In this document: positions 24,851 through 37,650 of the stretch, piece by piece
Numbering within the stretch: position 1 is the first letter of the stretch
Layout of the letters: each line of letters begins with the position of its first letter
DNA from: Octopus bimaculoides
Lineage: Eukaryota
Direction: 5' to 3'
Assembly: GCF_001194135.2 (NCBI RefSeq)
Contig: NC_069003.1
Location: forward strand, 27,662,057 to 27,713,364
Length of the DNA stretch: 51,308 nucleotides
Notes under the pieces: model-generated
Told to the model about the DNA's origin: nothing
Seen by the model: the letters and a program-made list of their open reading frames with translations, nothing else
The model's database searches: none
Position numbers and translations under genes: made by a program

Positions 24851-25284
24851 AGGATTAGATAAGAACGGCGACAATGAAAATGTTACTGTTTTTTTATCAG
24901 TTTTAATGCGCCAGTGTCGTTAGTTTTTGTTACTGCACTTTTTTTCCCTCCCTCTTTTGTTATTCTTGTTTCCGGCATCGGCGACGACGACGACGACTGT
25001 GACGATAACGATCTAACGTTCCTTAATGAAGTGGAGTAAAGTCTGGTCAGTGAAATCAAAGTGTTTTTAAGCGACGCATTCTCTGGAGTAACCAGTTGCT
25101 ATACATTACAGCGGCAATAGCAGAGACAGCCATTGATTGGTTGTCACAGTTCTACAGTTTTGTAATGACACTGCTTGACTTCAACGATTGGTCGAATGAC
25201 AGCATACATACATAGCAAACATATATACATACTTACGTGTATCTGTGGGTGGGTGTATGCACATATATAAGACTCTTTTCGTAT

Positions 25285-25343
<59 letters not shown>

Positions 25344-25620
25344 NNNNNNNNNNNNNNNNNNNNNNNNNNNNNNNNNNNNNNNNNNNNNNNNNNNNNNNNN
25401 NNNNNNNNNNNNNNNNNNNNNNNNNNNNNNNNNNNNNNNNNNNNNNNNNNNNNNNNNNNNNNNNNNNNNNNNNNNNNNNNNNNNNNNNNNNNNNNNNNNN
25501 NNNNNNNNNNNNNNNNNNNNNNNNNNNNNNNNNNNNNNNNNNNNNNNNNNNNNNNNNNNNNNNNNNNNNNNNNNNNNNNNNNNNNNNNNNNNNNNNNNNN
25601 NNNNNNNNNNNNNNNNNNNN

Positions 25621-25664
<44 letters not shown>

Positions 25665-25689
25665 TATTGTAGGAGTATAACCAGTTTAT

Positions 25690-25767
25690 TGCAGATAAAT
25701 TTTAACAAGAAAACCTTATATGGACCCCAACGCCAGGGGCCATATGACCCCCGGTTGAGAATCACTG
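25690..25767 (-). mobile_element. hAT (Charlie-like) MITE terminal fragment
   Basis: Reverse complement begins CAGTGATTCTCAACCGGGGG, resembling CAGTGGTTCTCAAC hAT-Charlie termini. Other end not seen. Confidence 0.55.
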
Positions 25768-26329
25768 GTTTAATAGAAACCGTCACTTTACCAGGGAAAA
25801 CACGCGTTGTTTCACTGTGCACGTGCTCCGAAGGTATTGGGAACTTGATTTGATTCACCAGTGTTACGGTTGCTTACATAACGGTGCTTCAATAGAGCAG
25901 AGAAGAATGAACTCCAGCAAATCAACTTATCTTTATTATACAACCTAAAGGCAACAGGTAGCATTTCACATTGAAATACCGCCCAACTAGAGGTCTACCT
26001 TTTCATACAACCGGAAAATCTGTGTTTCACACACCAACGTTGCATCCCCAGAAGTTTATAAATTCATACTTTAACATGGCGTAACCGGATGTTCTTCATT
26101 TGAGATTGCATAAGTACGCAACCGGTTGTGAATTATTTTATTCAATGGAAACGCACTACTAACAGCTCAACATTCCAAATATTAACGTTGCTTGTTGTAA
26201 CTTCATCCCTCGTCACTTTAACTTTAAACAAAATAATACGCAATCGGAAGTTCAATTTAGACTGCATGAATACACAACCGGTAATTGCTTCATTTTATAT
26301 AAATGCACTACTAGTAGTTCAATATGTTA

Positions 26330-27597
26330 ATATTTGGTTTCAAATATTTGGCACAAGGCCAACAATTTCAGGAGAAGGAATAAGTCGATTTCATCGAGCT
26401 CAGTGCTCAACTGGTACTTATTTTATCGACCCTGGAAAGATAAAAAGCGAAATTGGCCTCGACCGGATTTGAACTGAGAACGTAAGGACAAGCGAAATAC
26501 CTCTAAGTATTTTACTCGACGTGCTAACATTTCTGCCAGCTCGCTGCCTTAATAATATTAATTTCAAATGTTGGTACAAGACCAGCAGGTTCGAGAGAGG
26601 GGCTAAGTCGATTACATCAACCCTAGTGTTTAACTGGTACTTATTTTATCGACACTGAAAGGATGAAAGGCAAAGTTTGTCGCCGCGGAATTTGAACTCA
26701 TGATGTAAGAACAGACGAAATACCGCTAAGCATTTTATCGGGCTTGCTAACAATTTTGCCACCTCATCAATAGATTAGCATTTATATGGCTACCACCGAG
26801 GTCGACCTTGCCTTTCATCCTTCCGTGATCGATAAAATAAGTACCAGTTAAGCACTTGGATCGCGATGTAACTGACTTATTCACTCCTTCGAAATTGCTG
26901 ACTTTGTGTCAAAATTATAAATCAATATTTTCAATGCTTGCGAGGCGAGTTGGCAGAATTGTTACGGCACTGCGCAAAATGCTTAGCGGTATTTCGTCTC
27001 TCTATGTTCTGAGTTCAAATTCCGCCGAAGTCTCTTTTGCTTTTCATCTCCGGGATCGATAAAATAAGAGTCAGCTGAGCTCTGACATCAACTTAATCGA
27101 TCCTCCCCCTTCACCGAACTTGCTGACCTTGTGACAAACATTTGAAATCGATTTTTGCATTAGCTCTTGGATGGCAAGCTGGCAGAATCGTTTTTGCGCC
27201 GAGCAAAATGCTCTGCGGCATTTTGTCTGCCTTGACGTTCTGAGTTCAAATACCGCTACGGTCGACTTTGCCTTTCATCCTTCTCGAGATCGATAAAACA
27301 AATACCAGTTAAACACTGGAGTCAATCGACTTACCCCCCTCTCCGGAACCTCCTGGCCTCGTGCCAAAATTTGAAGCCAGTGTTATAAACTTAGACAAGG
27401 CGGTGAACTGGCAGAATTGCTACCGTGCCGGGTTAACTGTTTAGCGGCATTTCATCCGTCTTTACGTTCTGATTTCAAATTCCGTCGACGTCTACTTTGC
27501 CTTACATCATTTCAGGGTCGATAAAATAAGTACCAGGTTAGCACTGGAGTCGGTGTAATCGACAGTCCGCCTCCCCCAAACATTTGAAATCAATATT
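26330..27597. mobile_element. Cluster of six family A SINE copies: two on - (about 26330-26550, 26563-26765) then four on + (about 26793-26925, 26941-27150, 27172-27385, 27397-27597)
   Basis: Each copy carries the GCCTTTCATCC..GATAAAATAAGTACCAGT body or its reverse complement; copies differ visibly from one another. Confidence 0.85.
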
Positions 27598-28694
27598 TAC
27601 ATTACTAATTATGATTTAATCACTTCCCTCTTTAGTCTTAAACAACCAAAGTAACCCTACCTTTACCCTTTAACACAATGACACCGGAAACCCATCCCAT
27701 CTTGTACTACCATTGTGCTTAAATGTTTACATGACTGAAGCGAGTGGTTGTTCATAAGATTATCATTTTTTGGTCTATTAACTTCACCTTTTCAAGATGA
27801 AATAAATTTTAGTATTTACATCTAGATAAACATTAACAAATGTTTTATCTTGAAAGATGAGGTTAATAGACCGAAGATTGACGATTATGCTGCCTAAAGT
27901 TCATCGATATTCAGAGGCCACACCTAATTCCAAACACTAACACTTTCATGCTCACAAATATTTCCCCTCCATCAACACAAATAACTATATGGTTATTTGG
28001 CTTGCTAGAAATAGCAGCTAAAATGCCTCTCAGATAATATTGTAGCATTTTAAGAAAGGTAAGTAGCCATATCATAACGTTGTCCTACGTGTTTCTAAAA
28101 AAAAAAAAAAAATTGTGACTGTAAATAGATAATCATAGTTTGAATGATTGCTCATAGGTTTGCTCCATCTTGGGCTAAACAAGAGCATCAACAGTAGCAG
28201 CTACAGCATCAACAGCACAGCAGGAGCAACAACAACAACAACAACAACAACAACAGTAACAATATTATCTTTGCAAAGCAGTTTTCATAATGATTTGGAC
28301 ATAATTACATTCAAGGAGAAATAATCTTCCGGTTCATAGAGATAATTAGAAACATTAAGCAATTATTTTAACATCAAATAACAACAATTAATTATATTAG
28401 AAATGTTCCTAAGTGTGCTATAATGTCCCATATTTTGCCGTAAAGTGCCATAATGTGTTATAGTGGGCACTATGGTGTCACAATGTGCCAGCGTTCCTTC
28501 TTTTATTTAGGCATTTTGACTTTTTCATTTTCAGCTGATTTCATGAGAATTATTGTTAATGTTTGTAATGGTTTAGGCAAGCAAACCGAAGAAGACTCAA
28601 TACATAAAGTAGCTTTTGTTTTCTGTATACGAAGCTAATTATACACCGTTTCACTACTCAGTTTCTCATTATTCCAAATAGATACATACGTGTC

Positions 28695-28910
28695 TTTTAT
28701 CTTTTTCTTGTTTGAATCGTTAGACTGCGTCCATACTGGGGCACCGCCTTGAGGAATTTTAGTCGAGTCAATCTGTCCCCAGTAGGCTTTTTTGTTGAGC
28801 CTGCTATTTATTCTATAGGTTTCTTCTGCTGATCTGCTAGGTTATGGGAACGAAAACACACTAACACCGGTTGACCATCGGTGGTGGGGTACACACACGG
28901 ACAAACGGAT

Positions 28911-28957
<47 letters not shown>

Positions 28958-29157
28958 AGACGGCTTTTTTTTTTAGTTTTCATTTACTAAATCCACAAAT
29001 CCATTCACAAGGTTTTCATCGGCCCAAGGTTTTCATCGGCCCAAGGTTATTGTAGAAGACAGCTGAGCAATGTGTAACGCAGTTGGCAGTGGGACTGAAC
29101 CCGGAACCATGTGGTTCCGAAGAAAACTTCTTACCACACACCCACTTCTGCGCCTAT
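28695..29157 (-). mobile_element. SINE family C, near full length, with internal (CA)n
   Basis: Reverse-complement head GGCGCAGAAGTGGG..TGGTAAGAAG..GGTTCAGTCCC; internal tandem duplication of CAAGGTTTTCATCGGCC. Confidence 0.75.
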
Positions 29158-29682
29158 TGATATTATTACATTAAAAATGAACTACAAGAAGCTACTCGGT
29201 GTAGCTAAAAGCATGAATATAGACAACAAAAACGATCAAGACCATACAAGAGAAATTCTTGATTTAAAGAAATTATCTTTAAAAGCGGCAATTGCAAGCG
29301 ATTCCGATTGACAAGACAAGATAGTCTCCAGAATCATAAATTTCGGGGAACTAATATATCATTTATTAAAAGACAGCATGTGTATATTATTTGTCAAGAG
29401 TCAAGAGGACAGCCGTTAACATGATGACCTCAATAGATGTCGACAACACATCCGCTTCCATAGCCTAACACCAGCAGATATAACAATTAAGTCGTATACC
29501 GAGAAAATAGAGAATATTTATAGCGTAGGTTAATTTTCATAATTAAAATAAATTTAAGACTAATAATTCGAGGTGTCCGGTGGCTTAAATTTGGATTACA
29601 AACATTAAATATCATATATGATCAATTGAAATAACCTGTTTATCTATTTCTCTCTCTCACCTCTCCTGTCCCTCTCTCCGTC

Positions 29683-29729
<47 letters not shown>

Positions 29730-29731
<2 letters not shown>

Positions 29732-29945
29732 GTATGCATGTGTCTTTGTGTCTGTGTTTGTCTCCAGCCACCGCTTGAAAACCGGTGTTGGTATGTTTAC
29801 GTCCCGTAACTTAGCGGTTCGGCAAAATGGATCAATAGAATAAATACCAGGCTTAAAAAGAAAACAGGTACTGAGGTTGATTTGTTAACATGCCTCAAGG
29901 TGCCTCAACATGGCCGCAGTTTAATGACTCTAGCAAGTCAAACAT
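29730..29945 (+). mobile_element. SINE family C, 3' part
   Basis: CCACCGCTTGAAAACCGGTGTTGG..CCCGTAACTTAGCGGTTCGGCAAAA..CAACATGGCCGCAG. Confidence 0.7.
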
Positions 29946-30120
29946 AAAAGTTTATATATATATATATANNNNNNNNNNNNNNNNNNNNNNNNNNNNNNNN
30001 NNNNNNNNNNNNNNNNNNNNNNNNNNNNNNNNNNNNNNNNNNNNNNNNNNNNNNNNNNNNNNNNNNNNNNNNNNNNNNNNNNNNNNNNNNNNNNNNNNNN
30101 NNNNNNNNNNNNNNNNNNNN

Positions 30121-30282
30121 CGCAGGCGTGGCTCTGTGGTAAGAAGTTTGCTTCCCAACCACATGGTTCCATTTTCACTCCCACTTAGGCACCTTCGGCA
30201 AATGTCTTCTATTATAGCCCCGGGCCGACCAAAGCTTTGTGAGTAGATTTGGTAAACGGAAACTAAAAGAACGCCATCGTAT
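30121..30282 (+). mobile_element. SINE family C, 5' part
   Basis: CGCAGGCGTGGCTCTGTGGTAAGAAGTTTGCTTCCCAACCACATGGTTCC..CACCTTCGGCAAATGTCTTCTATTATAGCC. Confidence 0.75.
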
Positions 30283-30568
30283 ATATATATTTACGGATTA
30301 AATAGCTATACCGCAGACTTTACCCTCCATCCCATTGTATTATTCTACATCAGTTTGATTAATTATGATTTTTATAAGCAATAGGGAGGCAGATCTTGGT
30401 TTTGTTACTTTTCTTCCTCCTCATTCCCCATTTTATATCAATCTTCTTCTCGTTCCCCCACCCCAGGTTTCTATTTTCTTATAGACTAACGTCCTGATTT
30501 TCAAATAAAACTAACCATATAGGTGTGCTTCTGTGCTTGTGTGAGAGCGTGTGTGTAGCTATATTTAT

Positions 30569-30632
<64 letters not shown>

Positions 30633-31224
30633 TCAAAAGGGGATAAAACTCTTTTACAAGAATTTTATCAAGAAGCCAGTGTGTAAAAAAATTTCATAAG
30701 GGAAATTTCTATTCCCAAGAATATAATTATTCGTTTATATTTATATAAAGGGCATTATTACAGAAAATAATAACGCCACACAGTGGACTTCTCAAAATAA
30801 CCACATTTAGTACCTAATGCGAGGAAAAACAACCAACAGAAGACGACCAACTTTCTTTTAAATAAACTTNNNNNNNNNNNNNNNNNNNNNNNNNNNNNNN
30901 NNNNNNNNNNNNNNNNNNNNNNNNNNNNNNNNNNNNNNNNNNNNNNNNNNNNNNNNNNNNNNNNNNNNNNNNNNNNNNNNNNNNNNNNNNNNNNNNNNNN
31001 NNNNNNNNNNNNNNNNNNNNNNNNNNNNNNNNNNNNNNNNNNNNNNNNNNNNNNNNNNNNNNNNNNNNNNNNNNNNNNNNNNNNNNNNNNNNNNNNNNNN
31101 NNNNNNNNNNNNNNNNNNNNNNNNNNNNNNNNNNNNNNNNNNNNNNNNNNNNNNNNNNNNNNNNNNNNNNNNNNNNNNNNNNNNNNNNNNNNNNNNNNNN
31201 NNNNNNNNNNNNNNNNNNNNNNNN

Positions 31225-31297
<73 letters not shown>

Positions 31298-31789
31298 CAT
31301 ACACACATATATCTATATGTATGTATGTATATGTGTGTGTATATATCCTTCTTGTCATCTCTTATTTTTTCTTCCCTCTCCGTCGTTCTCTTTCTCTCTT
31401 TCTCTTTCTCTCTTTCTCTTTCTCTCTCTTTCTCTCGCTTTCTCTTACTCTCTCTCTCTCTCTCTCTCTCACTCTTTCTCTTTCTCCTTTTCACTTGTAT
31501 TATTGTCTTATTATCTATACTAAGATTTAGCAGAAATTCTAGCTGGAATTTCACTGTAGCGAAAATGGCGTGTTTAATTGAGTGGAACACAACCAAACAC
31601 TCGAATACATAAATGCAGTAACGCTAACGCAGTCACAGACACACATGAACAAGCATATGCACATATACACATTACTCCCACACACAAATACACACACACA
31701 TACACATTCATATAAGCTTTTGAATATTTAAATTTATTTCAGTTCTTTCGTTTTGTGCATAAAACATAAATGTATTTGTTGTGTACTGT

Positions 31790-32080
<291 letters not shown>

Positions 32081-32538
32081 TATGTATGTATGTATGTATA
32101 TATTTATACTTTTACATAAATATGTTTGTATATATGTTTGTGCACGTGTGTATATATGTATGTATATCTTTTTGTCTATCTATCTACCTATATATGTGTG
32201 TGTATGTGTACATATGTATACACACACACATATATATATATATATACACATGTAAAAACATATACGAGGGAGTATGTATGTATGTATGTATGTTGGTGGG
32301 TGTATATGTGTGTATGTATGTATGTATGTATTAGTGTATGCATCAGTTTACAATAAATGTAGATTTTAATGTAAATCTTCTGGGATGCAAAATTGCCGGA
32401 CGAAATCAATACGTATATATTTTTACCTTTAATTCTACATATTAATACAGTCCCTGGAGATTCCATTATTCTTGCAATGCTGTGTTAACCTCTTTTAAGG
32501 TTTGTCTTACATTACCGATTCTTTCATATTTTACATAC

Positions 32539-32634
32539 CTCTTGAGTAATATAATTTCATTAGCTTCGAATAACAACGTTATTCCCTTCACATTTTCGAA
32601 TCCAACATTTCTGCGGTTCGCTTGTCTTCTTTAG
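32539..32634 (-). other. Candidate 96-nt spliced exon (all three frames hit a stop from the acceptor; may be UTR or lncRNA)
   Basis: Branch-like CTAAT, then TTCTATTGTTGTGTATTTCCAG acceptor, and donor GAG|GTATGT, in non-repetitive sequence. Confidence 0.35.
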
Positions 32635-33489
32635 CTGGAAATACACAACAATAGAAATTAGATAATTAGGCAATATCTTTCAATAGGATTGATGTTGTAT
32701 AATTTATTTAGCATCGAATAATCGGTTCGGTTTATTGGTTTAGGGAGTTCCAACGATTGAAAGGCATTTTCCTAGCTTCATAAGGAATTTTTTTTAATGG
32801 ATAAACCAAGTGCGAAAAATGAAGTAAAAAAGACAACAATAAATATAGAATCATATCTTGTAATAAACGATTGATTAAGATCGATATTTGATTTGGAAGT
32901 AGAAATATTAGAGAGAGAGAAAGTGAGATATAGAGAGAAAAAGAGAGAGCATCCGGCTAAAAGTGTTTATTGTAGAACGAATAGATTGTGAAGTTAACAG
33001 AGAACTAAGTAAATAGCGGGAGGAAGATGGCTTTATAAATCTGGATTTAGAATTTGGTTAGAGTGAATGACACAATAACATAAAAGGACTTTAATGGTAA
33101 TGAATACAGAAACACAGAGAATAAAGCAGAACCACGCGCGCACGCACACAGGCACGCACACACTCACGCACTATAATGAGACACGCTTGTTTATTTCACC
33201 GTATTTTTCTCTCTCCTCATTTATCCTTTCCGCACAAGAGCGTAGGCTCGAAACGTTAAAAACTTCTTTCAATTTTCCCTGCTTGTTATTTTTTTTACTT
33301 TTTCGTTTGTTTGTTTTTTTAGTACCATATTTGTATATGCACTTGTATATATGCTGATGAAATTATATGAACATCTTCAATGAAGGGTATATATCCGGCG
33401 AAATAAAGGTTCGACCAGCAAACTGATTTTTACAGAAACCTGACGAGTCGATATTTTCCAGTATGGTTAAAATAATGCTGCTGGTCAGT

Positions 33490-33730
33490 CCTCATGACTC
33501 CGTAAGAAGCATAGGGCCGGACTCCCGGTTTCTCTGACGTATATACTCCCTCATTGGACGGAAAACAGGTCATTCGCAGGATTTACTCATTTTTACCAGC
33601 TGAGTGGACTGGAGCAACATGAAAAGAAGTGGTTTGCTCATGAACACAACAAATGACACAGTCCAGGAATCGAAACCACAATCTTACGATTATGAGTCCA
33701 ACACCCTAACCAGTAAATCATATGCCTCTA
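33490..33730 (-). mobile_element. CORE-like SINE, family B, short-tail subfamily
   Basis: CCAGCTGAGTGGACTGGAGCAAC..GCTCATGAACACAAC..CCAGGAATCGAAACC. Confidence 0.7.
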
Positions 33731-33914
33731 CTTAATAATACTGATATGATATATTATATCGTGTATTATACAATAATATCTCAGTATTAATCTTTTGGTA
33801 AAGTGTCTATGAAACAATTGTTGTAAACTTATGCAACAAAACGAGCTGGTCACTCCATATATGTGTCTGTGTGTGTGTATACATATAACATACGTATATC
33901 TACATATGTGTGAG

Positions 33915-33961
<47 letters not shown>

Positions 33962-34130
33962 GTGTGTATGTGTTTGTGTATATATATACGCGTATATATA
34001 TGCGCGTGTGTATATATACATGTAGATATGTATATATATGTATGTAGATATGTATATATGTGTGTATTCATATATATGTGTGTATATATACATATATACA
34101 TACAAACAAGCACACACACATATATACACC

Positions 34131-34161
<31 letters not shown>

Positions 34162-34744
34162 GCAATTCCACTTAGCCATAGCTAACTCGTGTATATTTAG
34201 ATCAGTACAGAGTATAATATACACAAACATCTACACACGCACATGTATACACACTCGCGCACGCACACACAGAGGCACATACACGCACACACACACACAT
34301 ACACATATAAGTAGGATAATGTTTTTCCGTTACTCATGATGTATTGAAAATACAATTCTTCTAATTTTTGATCCCTTTCATTATATATATTTTAGATATA
34401 TTTTAAATTATGTGATAACAGTTATGTGCAGGAAATTACAGGGAAATCCATCTAAAACTATTCTATAGCGATGTTACAATAGCAGCAACGAACGTTTAAA
34501 ACCAAACTTAATATTGCCAGCCATCTATTGAACGTGTGACAAACGATAAACGTACATGACATTAAAAGCTAAATTGTTATCCTGTTTGCCATCGATTATC
34601 AATTTATATATTGCTGAAATAGGCATTGATTATAAACTTATAGATTTGCAAAATGTTGCACAAACTTTTTTTTCATTTCATGACAAAATGTTAACATCAT
34701 TCGATATTTGCAGCAGAATGTTATGGATTTGGAAATTGTTGAAA

Positions 34745-34745
<1 letters not shown>

Positions 34746-34821
<76 letters not shown>
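34746..34821. repeat. (TATC)n tetranucleotide microsatellite
   Basis: Direct reading. Confidence 0.95.
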
Positions 34822-34822
<1 letters not shown>

Positions 34823-34838
34823 GCCCTATCTCTTTACG

Positions 34839-34870
<32 letters not shown>

Positions 34871-35752
34871 CACACACACACTTTATTAAAATGCACCAAA
34901 AATATCGCCAAAACCGTTACTCTACCTCTGGTATTCGAGTACTGTTTTTACCACCTAGTTTCGCATTTATGTGCTTACTTTGGTATATACATACACACAC
35001 ACAGTAGTTATTCTTCAAGATGAATTTAGCCCTTCTATCACGAATTCTCTTTTGATGCGATGTGGGAGTTCGTTGGCGTAATTCTCTAGCCAGAATTGAA
35101 TTGCATATTTATTTATATATATATATATATATTTATATTTATACACACACATATATATATACACGTACATATATATTCATTCGCAGTTCTTAAGTACTAA
35201 TTAGCGCACACAGATACGTAGAAACACAAGTACCCAAGGACCGTAACACATAATTCTTTTTTTTTTTTTTTACTATTTCTCTACTCTCTGCCAGCATCTC
35301 TCCTTACTTTTCCATTTATTCTTCTCCTTTTCATCTTCAAGAACCAATAGACTCCAAACTTTTACGACTTCTAAATTTCACAACTGATTCCTCGCCTTCA
35401 TATATCTACAATACATTATGTTCTTTCCTTTCTTCCTCCCTTTGTTACCTACGACGCTGTTTTCATCTTCATAAATTAAAATATAATTCAGCACCAATAT
35501 ATGAAAGTAAACCAAATTTATTAATGTCTTGTCACATAGGTAAATCGCATCTATCTCCATACACTTTATGGAAAAAATTTAATATAAATGTCTACAAACT
35601 TTATATTTGATCTTCGTATGAGTAATCCGGTGAGACAATAAACCGCTATACGTAAAATATATTTTACTCTACTGCTATCATTAAACGCATTCATCTGCAA
35701 AAGTTCATTGACATTTAACTTAACAACAACACACATACACACATTATAAATT

Positions 35753-35799
<47 letters not shown>

Positions 35800-36368
35800 N
35801 NNNNNNNNNNNNNNNNNNNNNNNNNNNNNNNNNNNNNNNNNNNNNNNNNNNNNNNNNNNNNNNNNNNNNNNNNNNNNNNNNNNNNNNNNNNNNNNNNNNN
35901 NNNNNNNNNNNNNNNNNNNNNNNNNNNNNNNNNNNNNNNNNNNNNNNNNNNNNNNNNNNNNNNNNNNNNNNNNNNNNNNNNNNNNNNNNNNNNNNNNNNN
36001 NNNNNNNNNNNNNNNNNNNNNNNNNNNNNNNNNNNNNNNNNNNNNNNNNNNNNNNNNNNNNNNNNNNNNNNNNNNNNNNNNNNNNNNNNNNNNNNNNNNN
36101 NNNNNNNNNNNNNNNNNNNNNNNNNNNNNNNNNNNNNNNNNNNNNNNNNNNNNNNNNNNNNNNNNNNNNNNNNNNNNNNNNNNNNNNNNNNNNNNNNNNN
36201 NNNNNNNNNNNNNNNNNNNNNNNNNNNNNNNNNNNNNNNNNNNNNNNNNNNNNNNNNNNNNNNNNNNNNNNNNNNNNNNNNNNNNNNNNNNNNNNNNNNN
36301 NNNNNNNNNNNNNNNNNNNNNNNNNNNNNNNNNNNNNNNNNNNCTCTCTCACCAAGGTCATCAGCTGT

Positions 36369-36413
36369 CGGACGCCGACGAAGGGAAATAACCCTGAAAT
36401 CCGGATACGTTCG
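36369..36413 (+). ncRNA. Type I hammerhead ribozyme fold with palindromic stem III (U4C core variant)
   Basis: Stem I CGGACG(36369-74)/CGTTCG(36408-13); core CCGACGA (36375-81) versus consensus CUGANGA; stem II AGGG/CCCT with 6-nt loop; GAAA (36396-99); palindrome ATCCGGAT (36399-406); predicted cleavage 3' of A36407. Confidence 0.7.
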
Positions 36414-36618
36414 TGCTGCAGATCGAGGTGAGAGGGATAACTTCCCTTGGCAAACAGGACACAGTCGTGTGTCGATAAGCCAGCTGGAGGAGATGTCCTC
36501 CTGGGGCTAAAAGCAACAGTAACATCCACCCCTAGGGGTCAGCCACACTTAAGTGGCAATATACTACACTTTATCGTGCAGTTACTGTTAATACTTCATA
36601 TAGAGAATTAACATTGCT

Positions 36619-36651
<33 letters not shown>

Positions 36652-37534
36652 ATTCATGTATACAAACATAAATACAAGCCTCTTGTCAATATTTTAAGAG
36701 AAGATTAAAGACAGCCAGTCAAGTCCGCAGGAAAGTGGAAATCCTGTACAAACATAGAACCCAAATATTTTATTGCAGAAAAATACAGGAAGATTGTGAC
36801 CTCGACTTGTAACCTATAGAGTTGATAAAGACTTTGCCGTGATGCTGCGAATCGACGAAGTCAAAAATTTCTAATAAATCATTCCATTTGTTTTATAAAC
36901 ATATATCTGCATGTATTGCATATATATATAAAGATGCTTGTTGGCCTAGTGGTTAGGGTGCACTGACGTGCAACGCACCGTGCATCTCTATAAACAATGT
37001 CAATTTGATGGAGTGAGTGAGATGACGTGTCGAGCAAACATTTGATCGCTATAAATCATCTGTGCAGATTGTTCAGTAGAGACGTTGCGAAACTTTTATC
37101 TGTCCTTCACGGCAGGAGAGTTCACAATGTACCAGCACGCACGCACGCATCTACATAGACACATATACATACACGCACACAAACAAACATATATACACGT
37201 ACGCACGCACACACTCACAAATACATACATATATACATTCATACAGGCATGCGTCTATACATACATACATATAAAAATCTACAAGGCCTTAAGATTTAAA
37301 AGTTGATGAAACAATATGCTTTCCTTCACTATCATGCTACCATGTTGATGGCAGGTCAAAATTTACTCTAAATTAAACAAAGGAGAACATACATACATAT
37401 ATACATACATATATACATACATACATACATATATACATACATACATGCGTGCGTGCGTGCATGCATGCATGCATGCATACATACATACATACACACATAC
37501 TTTCTGCACATATACATACATATCATACATACAA

Positions 37535-37650
37535 ACAAAGAAAAATACCCTGTTGTTGATGTTGAAATTCCAATGAAGGAGCCTTGGATCTAGGTTAGAA
37601 ACCGGCTCTTTCTCTATTGGTAAGAAATCTTGAAATAAAACTGAACAATG
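37535..37650 (+). mobile_element. Short interspersed element or LINE 3' end embedded in (CATA)n
   Basis: Unique 115-bp segment ending AATAAAACTGAACAATGA then (CATA)n; diverged relative (GGTTAGAAACCG...TATTGGT) at about 40690-40780. Confidence 0.5.

Noticed and set aside
24590-24923. Acidic (poly-Asp) or poly-Met/His ORFs
   Set aside because: Degenerate GAT microsatellite open in several frames, with no splice or homology support.
28410-28495. Decayed 10-bp periodic repeat (GTGCCATAAT-like) as a CRISPR-like or functional array
   Set aside because: No spacers and highly degenerate units; an ordinary eroded short tandem repeat.
5135-31575. Additional YY1-like AANATGGC motifs (about 5140, 26075, 31563) as promoters
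   Set aside because: A short motif that is expected a few times by chance in this much sequence and also occurs in SINE tails; insufficient independent support.
36344-36370. CTGATGA on the minus strand of the ribozyme locus (possible antisense hammerhead)
   Set aside because: No stem I with a valid NUH site is visible, and stem II and GAAA would fall in the N-gap.
36478-36530. Possible HDV-like ribozyme in the shared GATG.CCTCCTGGGG motif
   Set aside because: No consistent P1, P1.1 or P4 could be assigned; a simple GGAGGA/TCCTCC hairpin explains the pairing. A formal RNArobo/Infernal search would settle it.
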